A stretch of 64,000 bases of DNA from Balamuthia mandrillaris (Eukaryota). Location of the stretch: positions 1 through 64,000 of the forward strand of contig JAVKOQ020000050.1 in assembly GCA_031835245.2 (NCBI GenBank). Direction: 5' to 3'. A model generated the notes under the pieces. It was not told the origin of the DNA, did not search any database, and was given only the letters and a program-made list of their open reading frames with translations. Of the stretch, positions 36,728-49,800 are shown one piece after another (position 1 is the first letter of the stretch; every line of letters starts with the position of its first letter). Both the position numbers and the translations under genes were made by a program.

Positions 36728-37229
36728 TCCTGCTTTTTGTGGGTGTGGTGGTGGTTGGTAAATTTTTTGCTCTTCTTCTTCGTTCCTCGTTCTTCTTCCC
36801 TCCTTTTTTGTTTGCTTCTTTGTGAGAGAAAAGAGAGAGAGAAAAAAGGTAGTAGCCGCTACACCAACCTTTTTTTTCCCCTTGCTTCGCTACGCTTCTG
36901 CTACTTTATTTTTTTTCTAGAAAAAAAAGGTAGCGTCCCTCGATGGAGAGAGAGAGAGGAGAGCTCGTGAGAACCCGTCAGGGCATACTGCCTCACCCTG
37001 ACCCACCCTCTGGATGTCCATCGAGCGAACACAAGCCTTGGGTTCGTTCTCTCTCTCTCTCTCTTTCTGGTGAACCAACCCATCCCATCCACACCCACCC
37101 CTAAAAAAAAGCAACCATCTGTTTATTCGCTGGTTTGTTATCTCTCTCTTCGCAACAAACAATAAGAGAGGGATGCGGCGCGAAAGACTTTTGGCAAAAA
37201 CACAAAAAAAACCCCGTCGCCCTTGCTCA

Positions 37230-37862
37230 TCACGATTGACTCTTGTTGCAAAACTTGGATATCTCTTCGACCCACTTTGGCGCTCCTTTGTTCTTGTCCT
37301 CGAAATGATAGTCTCTTCCTCTCTGCAAAGAACAGAGCAAAGATGAACAGACCATCAGAACAACAAACCAAGAGACAATTGAGGAGAGGGAGAGGGAGAG
37401 GGAGAGGGAGAGGGAGAGGGAGAGGGAGAGGGAGAGGGAGAGGGAGAGGGAGAGGGAGAGGGAGAGGGAGAGGGAGAGGGAGAGGGAGAGGGAGAGAGGA
37501 GGGAGAGGGAGAGGGAGAGGGAGAGGGAGAGGGAGAGGGAGAGGGAGAGGGAAAAGAAGGAAAAGAAGAAAAGAACAAATACAGAACAGAAAGGAACTTG
37601 AAAAAACGTACAGTGTACACAGTAAAGTGAGTGGAGTCCCTCAACGAAACTTTGAGTATGTTGGTAAAGTCGATGCCGCCCATCAACTTGTTTGGCCCGG
37701 GATCGATGTAGATGAGCCGCGGGGTGTTTGTGAGGATGAGTTGTCTCTTCTTCACGTTGAGCGGACGCCGCTTCTTGAAGACTAGACTCGTGTGAACTAT
37801 CTCTTCCCCAGATTCTAAAAATTTGGACCTGTTTTGTTTAAAGAACGATTTAGGTTAAGTTG

Positions 37863-37917
<55 letters not shown>

Positions 37918-37939
37918 AGCGACAAGAAAGCAAGAAAGC

Positions 37940-38027
<88 letters not shown>

Positions 38028-39134
38028 ATGAATGAGTGAATGAATGAATGAAAGAAAGAAAGAAAGAAGGAAAGAAAGAAGGAGAGAAAAGAAAGAAAGA
38101 AAGAAAAGAAAGAAACGACAAGAAAGAAACGACAAGAAAGAAAGAAAGAAAGAAATGACAAGAAAGAAACGACAAGAAAGAAACGACAAGAAAATACTAA
38201 CCAAGCTTCACTATTAGCAAATTGCTGCGTATTAATACCTCCCGAAGAAGCAGATCTAGCCCGTTTTCCTCCTGTTCCTTCAGTCGCTACCTTCATGCTT
38301 CCTCCCGAAGAACTTCGCGTCGTCGTGGTCACCGCCGAAAGTGAATTGGAGAGCTGTCGATGGATCTCCTGCTGCTCCTCTTTGGTCCGCTTCACTTTGA
38401 GTGGAGGGTCCATCGGAGCGGGAGTAGGGGGTGTGGAGGTAGGGAGACCCTCCCAATCGATCCCTTTAAAGAAAGGATGTGCTTTGAGCTCTGCGTAGTT
38501 GGAACCACCCAATCGCTCGTCTGGATTTCTTGTCTATATTTTTTTTTCCATGAGTATGTTTTTAATGAAGAAAGACGAAAGGAGGAAACATTTAAAAAAA
38601 AGAAGAAGAAGGAAGGAAGCAAGAAGAGGAAGGAAGCAGAGACCAAAAGCTTTTCGCAAAGATCTTTGGCATCTTCGGGGAATTCATCCGGGTACTCGAA
38701 CTCTTTGTCTTTTACTTTTTGCATTGTGTGCCATGGGTTTGATCCTCTGTTAAAAAGCCAAATATTCAATAGTTAGTCATTGTAGGAGAGAGACTAGAGA
38801 CGAGAGAAAGAGAGAAGGGTAAAACGAGAAAATGAAGAAAAATGAGACGAAAGAGAACCTGAAGGGAAGTTGTCCCGTCAAAAGCTGGAAAACGATCACA
38901 CCAAGAGCCCAAAGATCGCATCTAGTGTCGGCCATATTGTCGATCAACAGTTCTGGGGACATGTACTCAGGAGTGCCCTCAAATGAACCAGAACGTTCTG
39001 TTGTTTGTTTCTTTTAAGAAGGGAGTGGAGAGCAACGAAAATGAAAACGAAAATGAAACGAATCATTACCTCTACCAACAATCTTGGCAGTACCAAAGTC
39101 AATCACTTTGATGTGCATATCTTCGTTCAACTGA

Positions 39135-39182
<48 letters not shown>

Positions 39183-40128
39183 ATTTCAGATAAAAGGGCT
39201 GCATAAAATTTGTTTTCCTCTGCATACCAAAATGTTCTCCGGCTTGAAATCGCGGTGCATTACTCCTTTGGAGTGAATGTATTCAAGCGCTAAAACCATC
39301 TCAGCAACGTAATGCTGAGTTACTTTCATATTGAAGGAGCCGTGCTGTTGGTGTTGAACAGGGGAAAAGAGAGTGAGCGCGAGAGAGAGAGAGAGAAAGA
39401 GAGAATAAGAGGAAGAAAGAAGATTAAGGTTTAAAAAAAAAACGTACCTTCTTCAAAACATCAAAGAGCTCGCCGTTTGAACAATAGTCCATCACAAAGA
39501 CTGGGATTCGTGGTCCAAGAGAATGTAACAAGTGAGAACAAAAACGGAATAAAGATGAGAGAAAAGAGAAGCGAAAAAAAAAATAAAAGGTAGATAAGCG
39601 AAAGACAAGAAAGACAAGAGACAACGAGTTGAGAGAAGAAAGAAGAGACGAAGCAACACAGTAAAGACCGAAACGAGAGAACAAGATACACCAGCGGGAG
39701 GAGAGGAGAAGGCAACAAAAATGAAACAACCAAAAGGGGGAAAGAGACAAAAACAAATACATCCACACACCAAAAAAAATAAAAACACACGTACAAAGTT
39801 GAGAGGGGTTCTGAAAGGTATAGTGGAGGGTGACAACGAAAGGGTGGCTGTCGAGGTGGTTCAAGATCTCTCTCTCCCTAAAGACAATGGCTTTGTTCTT
39901 GTTCTCCAGGATGAACTTCTTTTCTATTATCTTGATGGCATACGACTTTCCCGTCGCTCGAACCGTAGCTTGCTTCACCTGTTTTTTTGTTTTTGTTTTT
40001 TTTTTCACATCAACGCAACGAAAAGGGCAGAAAAAAAATAAAATAAATAAAATCCATCGCATTCCAATCCAATCGAAGTTTTGATTTAAAAAAGTTAAAA
40101 GTAAAAATATTTGAAAAATAAAATAAAG

Positions 40129-40173
<45 letters not shown>

Positions 40174-40559
40174 AGACGCACCACGCCAAAGCTTCCCTCT
40201 CCCAAAGGCTCGCCCCAATCGTAGTCTTTCTCTCGGGGCGGGTCCGGTTTCTTCTTGCCTCCGCTGGCCGCCGAAGCGGCAGCGGGGACGGCAGAGGCGC
40301 CGCCGGCGGTCGTCGTGGACTCTCCGTTTGACGAAGCGGAAGCAGCAGCAGCAGCCACAGAGGCCTCACCCTTGTCCTCCTCCTCCGACTTGGCTTTCTC
40401 TTTTGCTTTTTCGTTTTCCGTCTCGTCGTTTTCTTTCTCTTTGGCCCCGTTTTGTTGTTGTGCTGCCGACGTTCGTTCTTCCGGCTCTTCGCCCTCCTCC
40501 ACCACCACCACCACTTTCTCTTTTGGCGTCGGTCGCCCCGAGTCCTGAGTCCCTTCCAT
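37230..40559 (-). CDS. PDPK1: 3-phosphoinositide-dependent protein kinase 1 (AGC kinase + PH domain), multi-exon
   Basis: LGEGSFG, YAIKIIEKKFI, HRDFKPEN, DFGT, SFEGTPEYMSPELL, DLWALG, LKAHPFFKGIDW; PDK1-type PH KKRQLILTNTPRLIYIDP. Confidence 0.9.
37383..37551 (+). repeat. (GAGAGG)n intronic hexamer repeat
   Basis: Direct reading; PDK1 intron. Confidence 0.9.
37866..38190 (+). repeat. (GA)n/(GAAA)n compound intronic microsatellite
   Basis: Direct reading; PDK1 intron. Confidence 0.9.
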
Positions 40560-41013
40560 AGTATTTATAATGTTTCTTTTCTTTTTTATTTTATTATTTG
40601 CTTCCTCCTTTTTCTTTCCGTTTATTATTGCATTCAAAAAAAAAAAATGTTCGACTTTCGAAAAATTGAAAAATTTCGAATTTTTGTTGATCAAACTTTC
40701 GCCATTTAAAGCAAAAGTTTCCTAAGATGGTGATTAAAACGTGACGTGGCTTAACAAAATATTTGCGGACGTTTCATGATTGTGATCGATCGGGCTTTGA
40801 TGAGCTCGACAGGTCGCCAATTCCTGCACGATTGTAACCACTATAGGTTTTTTGTGGACACAGAAAACTCGGCCTTTGTAACGAAAGGATAAACATAAAA
40901 AAACAAACTCTTCTCTTTGCCTCCACAAGGAAGGAAGAAGACTCCAAAGCGTTTGTGTTTGGCCACTTCTTCTTCTTCTTTTTCCAAAAAAAAAAACATT
41001 GACAAACAACAAC

Positions 41014-42489
41014 ATGTTCCGAAAGCTGTGGTCGCAACCACCAGTGGACGACGAAGAAAACAACGAGGCAGACGGCGACGACAAGACTGAAGCCGGTGCG
41101 GCCAATGCAACTACAAACGAAGAGGAAGAAGAAAGAGAGGGACTCACTGTGACGATGGCCGAAAAGCAAAAAGAGGTTAGCGAGAGCGCAGCATTGTTGG
41201 AGTTGGCTAGGAGAGAGGCTGCCCTGCGTCACCGCGAGCTCCAACTCCAACAACGAGAAGAACGGCTAAAGAACGGTCTGTTCTTCTGTCAACCGCAAGA
41301 AGCTGCTACTTCCTCTTTTTCTTCTGCCTCACAGAGCCGCCGAGTCAAGCTTAACGTTGGCGGAACCATCTTTCATACTTCCACAACCACTCTAGAAAGA
41401 GAGCCTCATTCCTTGTTGGCCTGCTTGGCCAGCGGGCGTTGGAAGTCGGACCAACAAGAAAACGAAGAGGACGGAGAAGAGAAGAGCGAAGGCAAGGGTG
41501 GAGGAACTTTGTTCTTCTTCTTGGACAGAGACCCAGACGTGTTTGCCATTGTGTTGGCCTACCTCAGGGCTGCTGGCAGTCTCTCCGTGGATGACCTTCT
41601 TCAAATGAGCGCCCGGCACAACATTAGCCGAAGGAGACTGTTGGTTGAGGCAGACTACCTGATGTTAGAGCAACTGTCCGCCCTTCTTCGTGGTGAGGCA
41701 GAGGCAGAAGAAGTGGAAGAAGAAACAGAACAAGCACTGGAGTACGATAGAGAAACATACGAAGGACGAGGCAAAACAAGACACCGAATCGCAGTTGAAG
41801 ACCTTCCCAATCCAGACCTATTCACTCGTAGGGAAGTGGTTAGTCTCCTCTGCTTGAAAGGCTATGGGGGAAGCACCAACTCCAACAGCGGTACCACCGC
41901 CAACAAACAAACCCTACGAGGCGTGCGCTTCTGCGCCTTGGACCTCTCTCGTCTCTGCTTCAACGAGCGAGCCATGCCCGAGGCCGACTTTCGTTGCTGC
42001 AACTTGCATCGCACCCACTTTCAACGCGCCGAGCTCTCCGAGGCCCTGTTGCAAGGAGCCAACCTCAGTCTTGCCAACCTTCGCAAAGCCAACCTCAAGA
42101 ATGCCAGCCTGGAAGGAGCCGACTTGAGAGGTGCCAACCTGCAAGGCGCCAACTTGACGGGCGCTTGCTTGCGTGGGGCTGATCTCAGGGGAGCAGATGT
42201 CAGCGAGGCCGTAATGACATCTGCCGACCTGAGAGGCAGTCGGTTAACGGCTGCGGACCTGAAAGAAACGGACTTGCGCCAGGCAAACCTAGAAGGAGCT
42301 GACTTGAGAGGAGCAAACCTGAAGGATGCTGTGTTGACCGGAGCAAAGCTGGGAGGAAATAATGGAGGTGGTGGGGTGCTAGACGCAGCGGAAGGGGCGG
42401 AGCAGGAGGAAGGGATAGACATGGTGCGCCAGGCTATATTGAGGAGAGCGGATAGAGTGTGGGATAAGATATCACGGAACCTATCATGA
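41014..42489 (+). CDS. BTB/POZ (T1-type) + pentapeptide-repeat protein, KCTD9-like, intronless
   Basis: RVKLNVGGTIFHTSTTTL..FLDRDPDVFAIVLAYLR..EADY; many A(N/D)LxG pentapeptide repeats. Confidence 0.9.
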   Translation: MFRKLWSQPPVDDEENNEADGDDKTEAGAANATTNEEEEEREGLTVTMAEKQKEVSESAALLELARREAALRHRELQLQQREERLKNGLFFCQPQEAATSSFSSASQSRRVKLNVGGTIFHTSTTTLEREPHSLLACLASGRWKSDQQENEEDGEEKSEGKGGGTLFFFLDRDPDVFAIVLAYLRAAGSLSVDDLLQMSARHNISRRRLLVEADYLMLEQLSALLRGEAEAEEVEEETEQALEYDRETYEGRGKTRHRIAVEDLPNPDLFTRREVVSLLCLKGYGGSTNSNSGTTANKQTLRGVRFCALDLSRLCFNERAMPEADFRCCNLHRTHFQRAELSEALLQGANLSLANLRKANLKNASLEGADLRGANLQGANLTGACLRGADLRGADVSEAVMTSADLRGSRLTAADLKETDLRQANLEGADLRGANLKDAVLTGAKLGGNNGGGGVLDAAEGAEQEEGIDMVRQAILRRADRVWDKISRNLS

Positions 42490-42846
42490 GCTTTCTCTTT
42501 GTACTTTGCTGATTGTTCCAATTGTATAGTTAACGAATTCCTTGTCTTTTTCTTGTTGCTTCTCTTCCCGGCACAAGACACTTTGGAGCAATTTGGCAAA
42601 GCCCAGCATCCCCGTCACTCCACAAAGACGTTCAGGCTGAACAGTGCCGCAATGCGCCCCTCACCATCAACCCCTGCTGAACTCCACCCTCTCGAGCCCA
42701 ACGCCAAGGGGTGCTCTCTCTTCTGCCAAAGAAGCTAAATGATGAGTATCGCCACAAGACCAATTCTGTCCAGGCTTTTACATGGGTCCCTCCACATTCT
42801 TCGCCAGGGCAAATTTTTTCGTCTCACCAAGGACAAGTGTCCGTTG

Positions 42847-42877
42847 TTTGTCGACAAAAATAATATTTGTGACGACA
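42847..42877. promoter_or_regulatory. Candidate promoter module TTTGTCGACAAA + GTGACGAC (representative copy)
   Basis: TGTCGACA also occurs at 2056, 22328, 30249, 46402 and 51855, all in upstream intergenic regions. Confidence 0.5.
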
Positions 42878-43338
42878 AAAAATGCCTCACATAATCGCCA
42901 CAAAAAAAAAGAGAGAGAGAGAGAGGAAAAGAAAGTGGTGGTGGTCTTTTCTCCCTCTCCCTTCAGCGCAACAACAAGGTTGTCCCTCGTCGTTATTTTT
43001 CAATCTCAAAAGAGAGACCCGGAACCGCTCCGGTAAGTAACTTTTGTGTTCTCTGCTCCCCCCCCTTTTTTTTTTTTGATGTACACCCCCCGTTTTTTTT
43101 TCCCGCTCGTCCACCACCACCTTTTTGGGGAGGGGATTTTTTTTTTGTTTTTTTTTTCTCGACCAAAACTTGAGCGTGATTCAACGGATCCAAGAAGAGA
43201 GAACGTTGTTTCGTCTTAGTTTGAACACTTTTTTTTTCTTTGGACTATTTATCTCTTTTGCTGAATTCGATTACTTTTTTTTGGCACGCTTTAAAAAAAA
43301 AAAACACAGTAGTGAAAACAAAGTAAAGAAAAAAAACA

Positions 43339-44136
43339 ATGGGCAAAAAATCCAAAGTCGTAGTGGAGGAGGAGGATCCCGTAGTGGAGGAAGAGGAGAC
43401 CGAGCCTCCCAAGGGCGAGGCTGGAGATGAGGAGGAAGACGTTGGCTCCGAGGCTCAATCCGGCGGTGACGAAGCCGAGGAACCACAAGAGGAGGAGGAA
43501 CAACAGGAAGAGGAGGAGGAGGAAGCAGCTGAGGAGGAAGAGGAGGAACTCCCATTTTGCGCCGTCAGGGGTGAAGTGGAGCAGCAGTGCATGCCGCGTT
43601 GCGTGGCCTTCAGGAGGCAGTACGACAGCTGCGCTCACAGGATCACGACCTACGCCTCGTGGGACTACAACAAACTTAAAAAGGAGAGCGACCATCACAA
43701 CCTCAGTCTTCCCAAGGTAAGCTGCTTGCTTTCCGTTTTCTTCTTTTTATTTTCTTCGTTGATCGCTCTCTCGCGTTTCTCTCTCTCTCTCTCTCGCCAT
43801 CCTTATCTCCTCTCTTTTCTCTCTTCTCTCTCTCTCTCTCCGTCCTCTCTCACTCCCTTCACTCTCTTCTCTCCTCTCCCTCTCTCGTTCTCTCTTTTAA
43901 TTTCTTTCTGTTTTTTTTTTAAATAGGCGCCAAAGGAGAAGGAATGGTACGTGCAAGCCCTTTCCGAAAACGCCCACTGCACCGGCCAATTCTTCGAGTG
44001 GAGGGATTGCATGGACAAATGCGTACGTTTCTCTGCTCTCCTCTCCGCGTCTTTTTTTTCTTCTCTCTGCTTTCTTTTAAACTGTGTTTTAAATATCCCA
44101 CAGATGGCTCCTAAGCTCTTCAAGAAACTCAAGTGA
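43339..44136 (+). CDS. QCR6: Cytochrome bc1 complex hinge subunit (QCR6/UQCRH), 3 coding exons
   Basis: Acidic N-terminus; C..(x10)..CAHRI, HCTGQFFEWRDCMDKC, APKLFKKLK C-terminus. Confidence 0.85.
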
Positions 44137-44194
44137 TCTCTGTTTTTTCTCTTTCTTTGCTCCTTATTTTTTTTCCGAACAAAAAACCTTTGTT

Positions 44195-45419
44195 TCAACT
44201 TTCTTCTTTTTCTTCTTCCATTCGTTCCTCTCCCTCTTCTCCATAACGAAAACTGATTCCATCATCGACCAACTCCCATTCTTCCGCCAACGACTCCTTT
44301 CGATTCCACTCCCTCAACGTCTCTTCCTTCAACACTGCCAAGTTTTGTCGTTGATGCAGCTCCTCCTCCGTGGGAACGCCTTTGCACTCCTGCCCGTCTC
44401 CGGTGCGCAGCTTCCGCCATTGTTCTGCCGAGAGAAGACCGGCGCATACCTTGCCGTACTCTGCGAACTTGGGCACTAGAATCGCTATGTAACCTTCTTT
44501 GGAAGGCTGTTTGTTTGTGTTGTGTGTCAGTCGACGTTCAACAGGGAGGAAGCGTGCAGAAAGAAAGGAGTAAGGAGAAGAACGAGAGCCAAAAGATAGA
44601 AGAAGAAGAAGAAGAAGAAGAAGAAGAAGAAGAAGAAGAAGAAGAAGAAGAAGAAGAAGAAGAAGAAGAAGAAGAAGAACAAGAAGAAGAAGAAGAAGAA
44701 GAACAAGAAGAAGAAGAACAAGAAGAAGAAGAACACGAAGCAGAACAAGGAGAAGAAGAAGAAGAAGAAGAAGAAGAAGAAGAAGAAGAAGCAAGAAGAA
44801 AGAAAGACTAACGTGGGTAGAAACTAGAGAAGGTGTGGTCTTGAGCCGCTCGTTTATTTCAAGGAGGCGGGCCCGCACGCACGCATGCACTGTGTACGTG
44901 GTTCCATCGTCGCAAGTCAGCTCGCATAGTTGTCCGCTTGGTTCCAGCCAATGCCCTCCCTTTTGAGTTGAGCAACGAGAGAAGAGAATGAGGAGAGAAG
45001 CAGAGAGAGAGAAGAGAGAAGAGAGAGAGAGAGAAGTGAGGATCAGGACGCACACGTTTGGTCTTTCCGACCACTTTGACAGAGGCATGGTCCTGTTTGC
45101 CGGGCTTAAAGTTCACCGCTACAACGGTCCTCCCCTCTTGCAGACACGGGTGAGTGGGCGCCACGCCCACCACACACATGTGGTTCGAGTGCTTGTAGAT
45201 GTACTGATCGTGTCTTTCTTTTCCGTTTACATCTATTTCGATGGAAACGAATGTAAGAAAATAATAATAATTGTATTTCAAAAAAAAAAGAGTTGCAACA
45301 AAAAAAAAATACAAACCAACAGCGTAGTATTGCTTGTAATAACGGTCGATGACGCCGCCTATGCCTCGCTTGGTGCCGGCCTCCGCTCGCTGCTCTGTTT
45401 GTGTTGTTGCTGCTTCCAT
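44195..45419 (-). CDS. ABITRAM: Abitram/Simiate (FAM206A)-like protein, multi-exon
   Basis: IDRYY, HSNHMCVVGVAPTHP, VVGKTK.GG.WL, LCELTCDDG..CVRARLLEINERL, EGYIAIL.P. Confidence 0.85.
44598..44795 (+). repeat. (GAA)n intronic microsatellite
   Basis: Direct reading. Confidence 0.9.
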
Positions 45420-45610
45420 CTTTTTTTACTTTTTGTTGCCTTCTTTTTCCTCAGTTTTTGTGGCCAAATGGTGCCCAATCTGCGCACCTTTTGTGCTCTT
45501 TGTTGATTTTTGATTGGTTGAAAATTTATGATCTTGCACTCTTTATCGATCTTACTCTCTCCTCTCTCCATCTCTCGTCTGTCTTGTCTCTCTGTCTCTC
45601 TGTCTCTCTG

Positions 45611-45665
<55 letters not shown>

Positions 45666-45743
45666 ATACTCTGCTTCTTCACAACAAATAAACTTGAAAT
45701 AGAATACAGGCATAGTGGGTTTTTTTTTTTGTTTTGCTTTCCT

Positions 45744-46289
45744 TCAAGCTGACTCCTCCGAAACCAGCGCGGTGATCGACTGCAAGCGTTCCTCCACGCA
45801 GCCATTACTGTTGGGCTGCACTACCACCAGTTTCGTTTGGCCTTTGCTCGCGTTGATTCGCTTCAGCAATTCTGGGTGGAACGTATTGAAACGCAAAGCC
45901 TGTTTGGAAGCCGCTTGTTCTGGAGTATGCTGCAGCAACAACAGAACGGGTGCCTTGACTTCCTCTCCCTCTTTATTGTTCTGCCATCGGTAGAGCACCC
46001 AACGGCATTGGTCCTCTGGCAGAGAGGCCAGAACCTGACGAAGCTCCGAGGTGGGTTCGTTGTCTTCCAGTCTAGCAGAAAGTTGGACGGTGGGTTCGAA
46101 TTCGTTGTCCCCAACCTCCAGGATGGCTCCTCTAAGAGGAGCGCCGGAGGAGGGGCTGCTCAATTGTTGGATGAGAGCCGGGTCAATGCCGACAAAGGAG
46201 GGCTTGCTGCCTTGGTCCCTCTTGTCGCCGTTGTGGGGTTTGAAGCCCCTTTTGCCGGAAAACATGTGAAGCATCATCGCGGGGATCAT
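45744..46289 (-). CDS. Divergent ADF-H (cofilin/twinfilin-like) domain protein, intronless
   Basis: LASLPEDQCRWVLY..VLLLLQHTPEQAASKQALRF..LLKRI parallels the ADF-H LPxxxCRY..FIxWxPDxAxxKxKMxY pattern. Confidence 0.5.
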   Translation of the reverse strand: MIPAMMLHMFSGKRGFKPHNGDKRDQGSKPSFVGIDPALIQQLSSPSSGAPLRGAILEVGDNEFEPTVQLSARLEDNEPTSELRQVLASLPEDQCRWVLYRWQNNKEGEEVKAPVLLLLQHTPEQAASKQALRFNTFHPELLKRINASKGQTKLVVVQPNSNGCVEERLQSITALVSEESA

Positions 46290-46840
46290 GCACCTTTCTC
46301 GTCCTCTATCTTCTTCGCTCTTTGCTCTGCTTTCGTTATGCGCCAAAGAGAGAAGACAAATCTTTTCACGAAACGGATTCTAACGATCATATATGTTAAT
46401 TTGTCGACAAAAATTATTTTTCAACTATGTCTGATTTTTGGTTGGAAGATCTCCAATCCTACGATCGTAACTCTAATTATCGGATATTTTTGTATGTTTG
46501 GCGATATATTTTCGGTTTTTGGTGTCGCAGAGATACAATCCGATAATAATTAAAAAAATATTGAGCAAAAAAACAACAACGAAGAAAGAAAAACAACACC
46601 GAAAGCACGCAAAGGTGGTGTACCCATAGCGCTAGTGGCAGTCCCCCGTGTCCAACAGGCAGTTGCGAAGAAAAACAAAAAAAAAAAAACATCAATAACG
46701 TTTGGATCGGCCGCGGTGTTTTCGGTTTGTTTATTTATTTATTTTTTTGGTTGATTTGTCAAATTTTTCATTTTTTGATCGATTCCTTCTTTACAGGAAA
46801 GAAATTAGTTTTTTAAAAAAACAAAAAAAAAGTTTGTAAG

Positions 46841-49800
46841 ATGGGCGCTCAAGGCTCGGCTTTACCGCCGGACGATGTTGAGGAACTAATCACTCTTACC
46901 AACTGTACTTTTTTTTTCTCTTCTCCGATTTCGCATTTCTTTCTTTCTTACAATTGTTATTATTTTTTTTGCAACAAAAAAGACAACGCGCAAGACTTAC
47001 AACGAGCCTATGAAAGCTTTAACTCGGTGGAACGAAAAGAAAAAGACCGGCTTAACAAAGATGAGTTTGCTCAGGTACTTCTTTCCCTCCTCTTTGGTTC
47101 TCCTTCTTCTTGTTCCTGTTGTTCTTCGTTCTTCTTCCTTCTCCCTCTTGTTCTTGTTCTTCGTTTTCGTTCGTCTTCTTTCTTCTTCTTTCTTCTTGTT
47201 CTTGTTCTTGTTCTTGTTCTTGTTCTTGTTCTTGTTCTTGTTCTTGTTCTTGTTCTTGTTCTTGTTCTTGTTCTTGTTCTTGTTGTTCTTGTTCTTGTTC
47301 TTGTTCTTGTTCTTGTTCTTGTTCTTGTTCTTGTTCTTCTTCTTCTTCTTCTTCTTCTTCTTCTTCTTCTTCTTCTTCTTCTTCTTCTTCTTCTTCTTCT
47401 TCTTCTTCTTCTTCTTCTTCTTCTTCTTCTTCTTCTTCTTCTTCTTCTTCTTCTTCTTCTTCTTCTTCTTCTTCTTCTTCTTCTTCTTCTTCTTCTTCTT
47501 CTTCTTCTTCTTCTTCTTCTTCTTCTTCTTCTTCTTCTTCTTCTTCTTCTTCTTCTTGTTCTTGTTCTTCTTCTTTTTCCTTCCTTCTCCTTGTTTAAAA
47601 AAACTAAAAACAAATACAAAAAAAAAATAGGCTTTAGGCTTTTTAGGAGACTGCAACCAGTCAGTAATGGCGGACATCCTATTCAAGCATTTTGACCGAC
47701 AGGGCAACGGCTACGTATCCCTGAAAGACTTTCTCACGTCGATGAGCGTCATGATGAAGGGAGACGTGAAGACCAAACTGGAGTTTGGTTTCCGGCTGTT
47801 GGACGCCGATGGGGATGGCTTCATCAGCAAAGTGGAGCTTTATCTCATGGTGCAGTCTATCTATGGCATCCTTAGTCAGTTGTTCGAAGTGAGTTTTTCT
47901 TTTTCTATCTTCTTGCTTCGGTTCACTCTTCATGTTTTTGTTCTTTCCTCTTCCTTTCCGTGCTAGTATTTTGCATACTTCTTTCTGCTTTCCTTTCTTC
48001 TCTCTTGCTTTTTATTGTTTTTACTGAACAACGGCAACAAAGGGCAACAGTATTGTAGGTTATGGAGATCTTGTAAAGCAGCAACAACGAGTGGCACAGT
48101 TTGTGGACACCTTTTTCGAGAAGTTTGATACCGACAAAGACGAGAAGATCTCTTTTGAGGAATATTGCAAAGCAGCTGAAGAGCAACCGGACATGTTGCT
48201 CACTCTTGGTCTTGTTTCTTCCAAGTCCAACATTCCTTTTGTCCAGTACCGTTTTTCTCTTCTTGTTCTCTCTTACTCTGTCTCACTTCTCGCGTTCTTT
48301 CCTCTATTATCCCTTGTTCGGTTCGTCGCTAACTCTGTTTATCCTTCGAGCAGGAATCCGAACAGCCCATCGGCATCCAAACGAATGTGGTTCGGCACAA
48401 ACAAGTTCGACCTAATGGTCTCTATTATGATTGGCATCCGTACTTCCGTTGGTCAGCTCGAAAACACCAATAGTAGCACTTGCAACGTTTCCAACTCGCC
48501 AACGCTCAGCCATAGCGGTAACAAAACTGCTACTAATGGCAGCAAGAGCAACTTGACGGTTCCACCCTCTTCTTCTTCCTCCATTAGTTTCTCCCCTCGC
48601 ACAGCGGAAGCTTGTGCCAGCTCTTTGGAGCCAAAAGACTTCATAGCAGAAACGGTGGCAGAAATTAACGGCCGAGGAGCCACTCGCCATAGATGGATAG
48701 ACTATGCTCCACGTGTATTCCAGTCCATAAGGTTTTTATCTTTCTGCTCTTTTTATACTCCTTCTTTTTCTTTCTTTTTTTTAAGTATACCAATTTCTTT
48801 TTTTCTTATTGTTTAAAAAATAAATAAATCAAAACACACACAAACAGGAGAGACATATGTGGTGTAAGTGATGAGGAGTATGTGATCTCTTTGGGTCCAG
48901 AACAAATGTTGGGCAACATCCTATTGGGAAACCTCTCCTCTCTGGCGGCCAGCATTTCGGAGGGCAAAAGCGGCAGTTTGTTTTTCTTCTCTCCCGATGG
49001 CAAGTTTTTGGTCAAGACGATATCCTCGGATGAGAAGCGGTTGCTGATCTCCATGCTGCCTTCTTATTATAGAGTAAGTTATTTTTCATTCTTTCTTCTC
49101 TTTTACTCACATTCAACAAAACAGCATTTGAAGGATAATCCAAACACTTTGCTGAACAAGTTTTTGGGTCTGCACAAGCTTGTAATTGGCAACCGAAGAA
49201 CAAACACTCTCCGGCTGCTTGTGCTGGAAAATGTCTTTGCCACCACCAAGAAAGTGCATTACAAATACGACCTCAAAGGTAACTTTTTTGTTTCTCTTTC
49301 TCTTTCTCTCCAAAGAAAATTCTCACCACAAATGGTATTTTTTTAAAAGGTTCGACTTATGGAAGAAAGACGAAAGAAGGAACGGGAGCATCCACATTAA
49401 AAGACTTGGACTTCAATCGTCGCATCCTGCTTGGGTCTACTCGAAAGAAAGAGCTTATGGAACAGATCAAGGCAGATTGCAAGGTTCTTTTTTTCTTGTC
49501 TTGAAGGCACTTTCCTCTCTTATCTTTTTCTCATTTAACTCTTCTTTCAACATCAAAAGTTCTTGGTGGAGAACTCCATCATGGATTACTCCATCTTAGT
49601 TGGCATTCACGATACAAAGTATGGCATCACCAAATCCGCAGAAATCCGTTCTCTTCCCAGTCGCAAACAACAGCGTCCTCAATTCTCTTCTCTTCGTGGA
49701 GAGGAACTCTCCCAAAGTGAAGCACAAAAGGAGAGAATGTTAAAGCAGCTGAAGGAAGCGTCTGCCACCTTACCGGTTCGTAACTGCTTTGAAGAAGCTC

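Noticed and set aside
34099..36943. Transposon interpretation of the duplicated/inverted block
   Set aside because: No transposase or reverse-transcriptase ORF, terminal repeats or target-site duplication seen; better explained as a tandem duplication.
42739..42830. ATGATGA as a snoRNA box C
   Set aside because: No matching box D (CTGA) or terminal stem at a suitable distance.
46997..47707. Poly-K/poly-F/poly-R ORFs (also 22745-23114, 25809-26193, 37815-38204, 61881-63189)
   Set aside because: Translations of intronic microsatellites.
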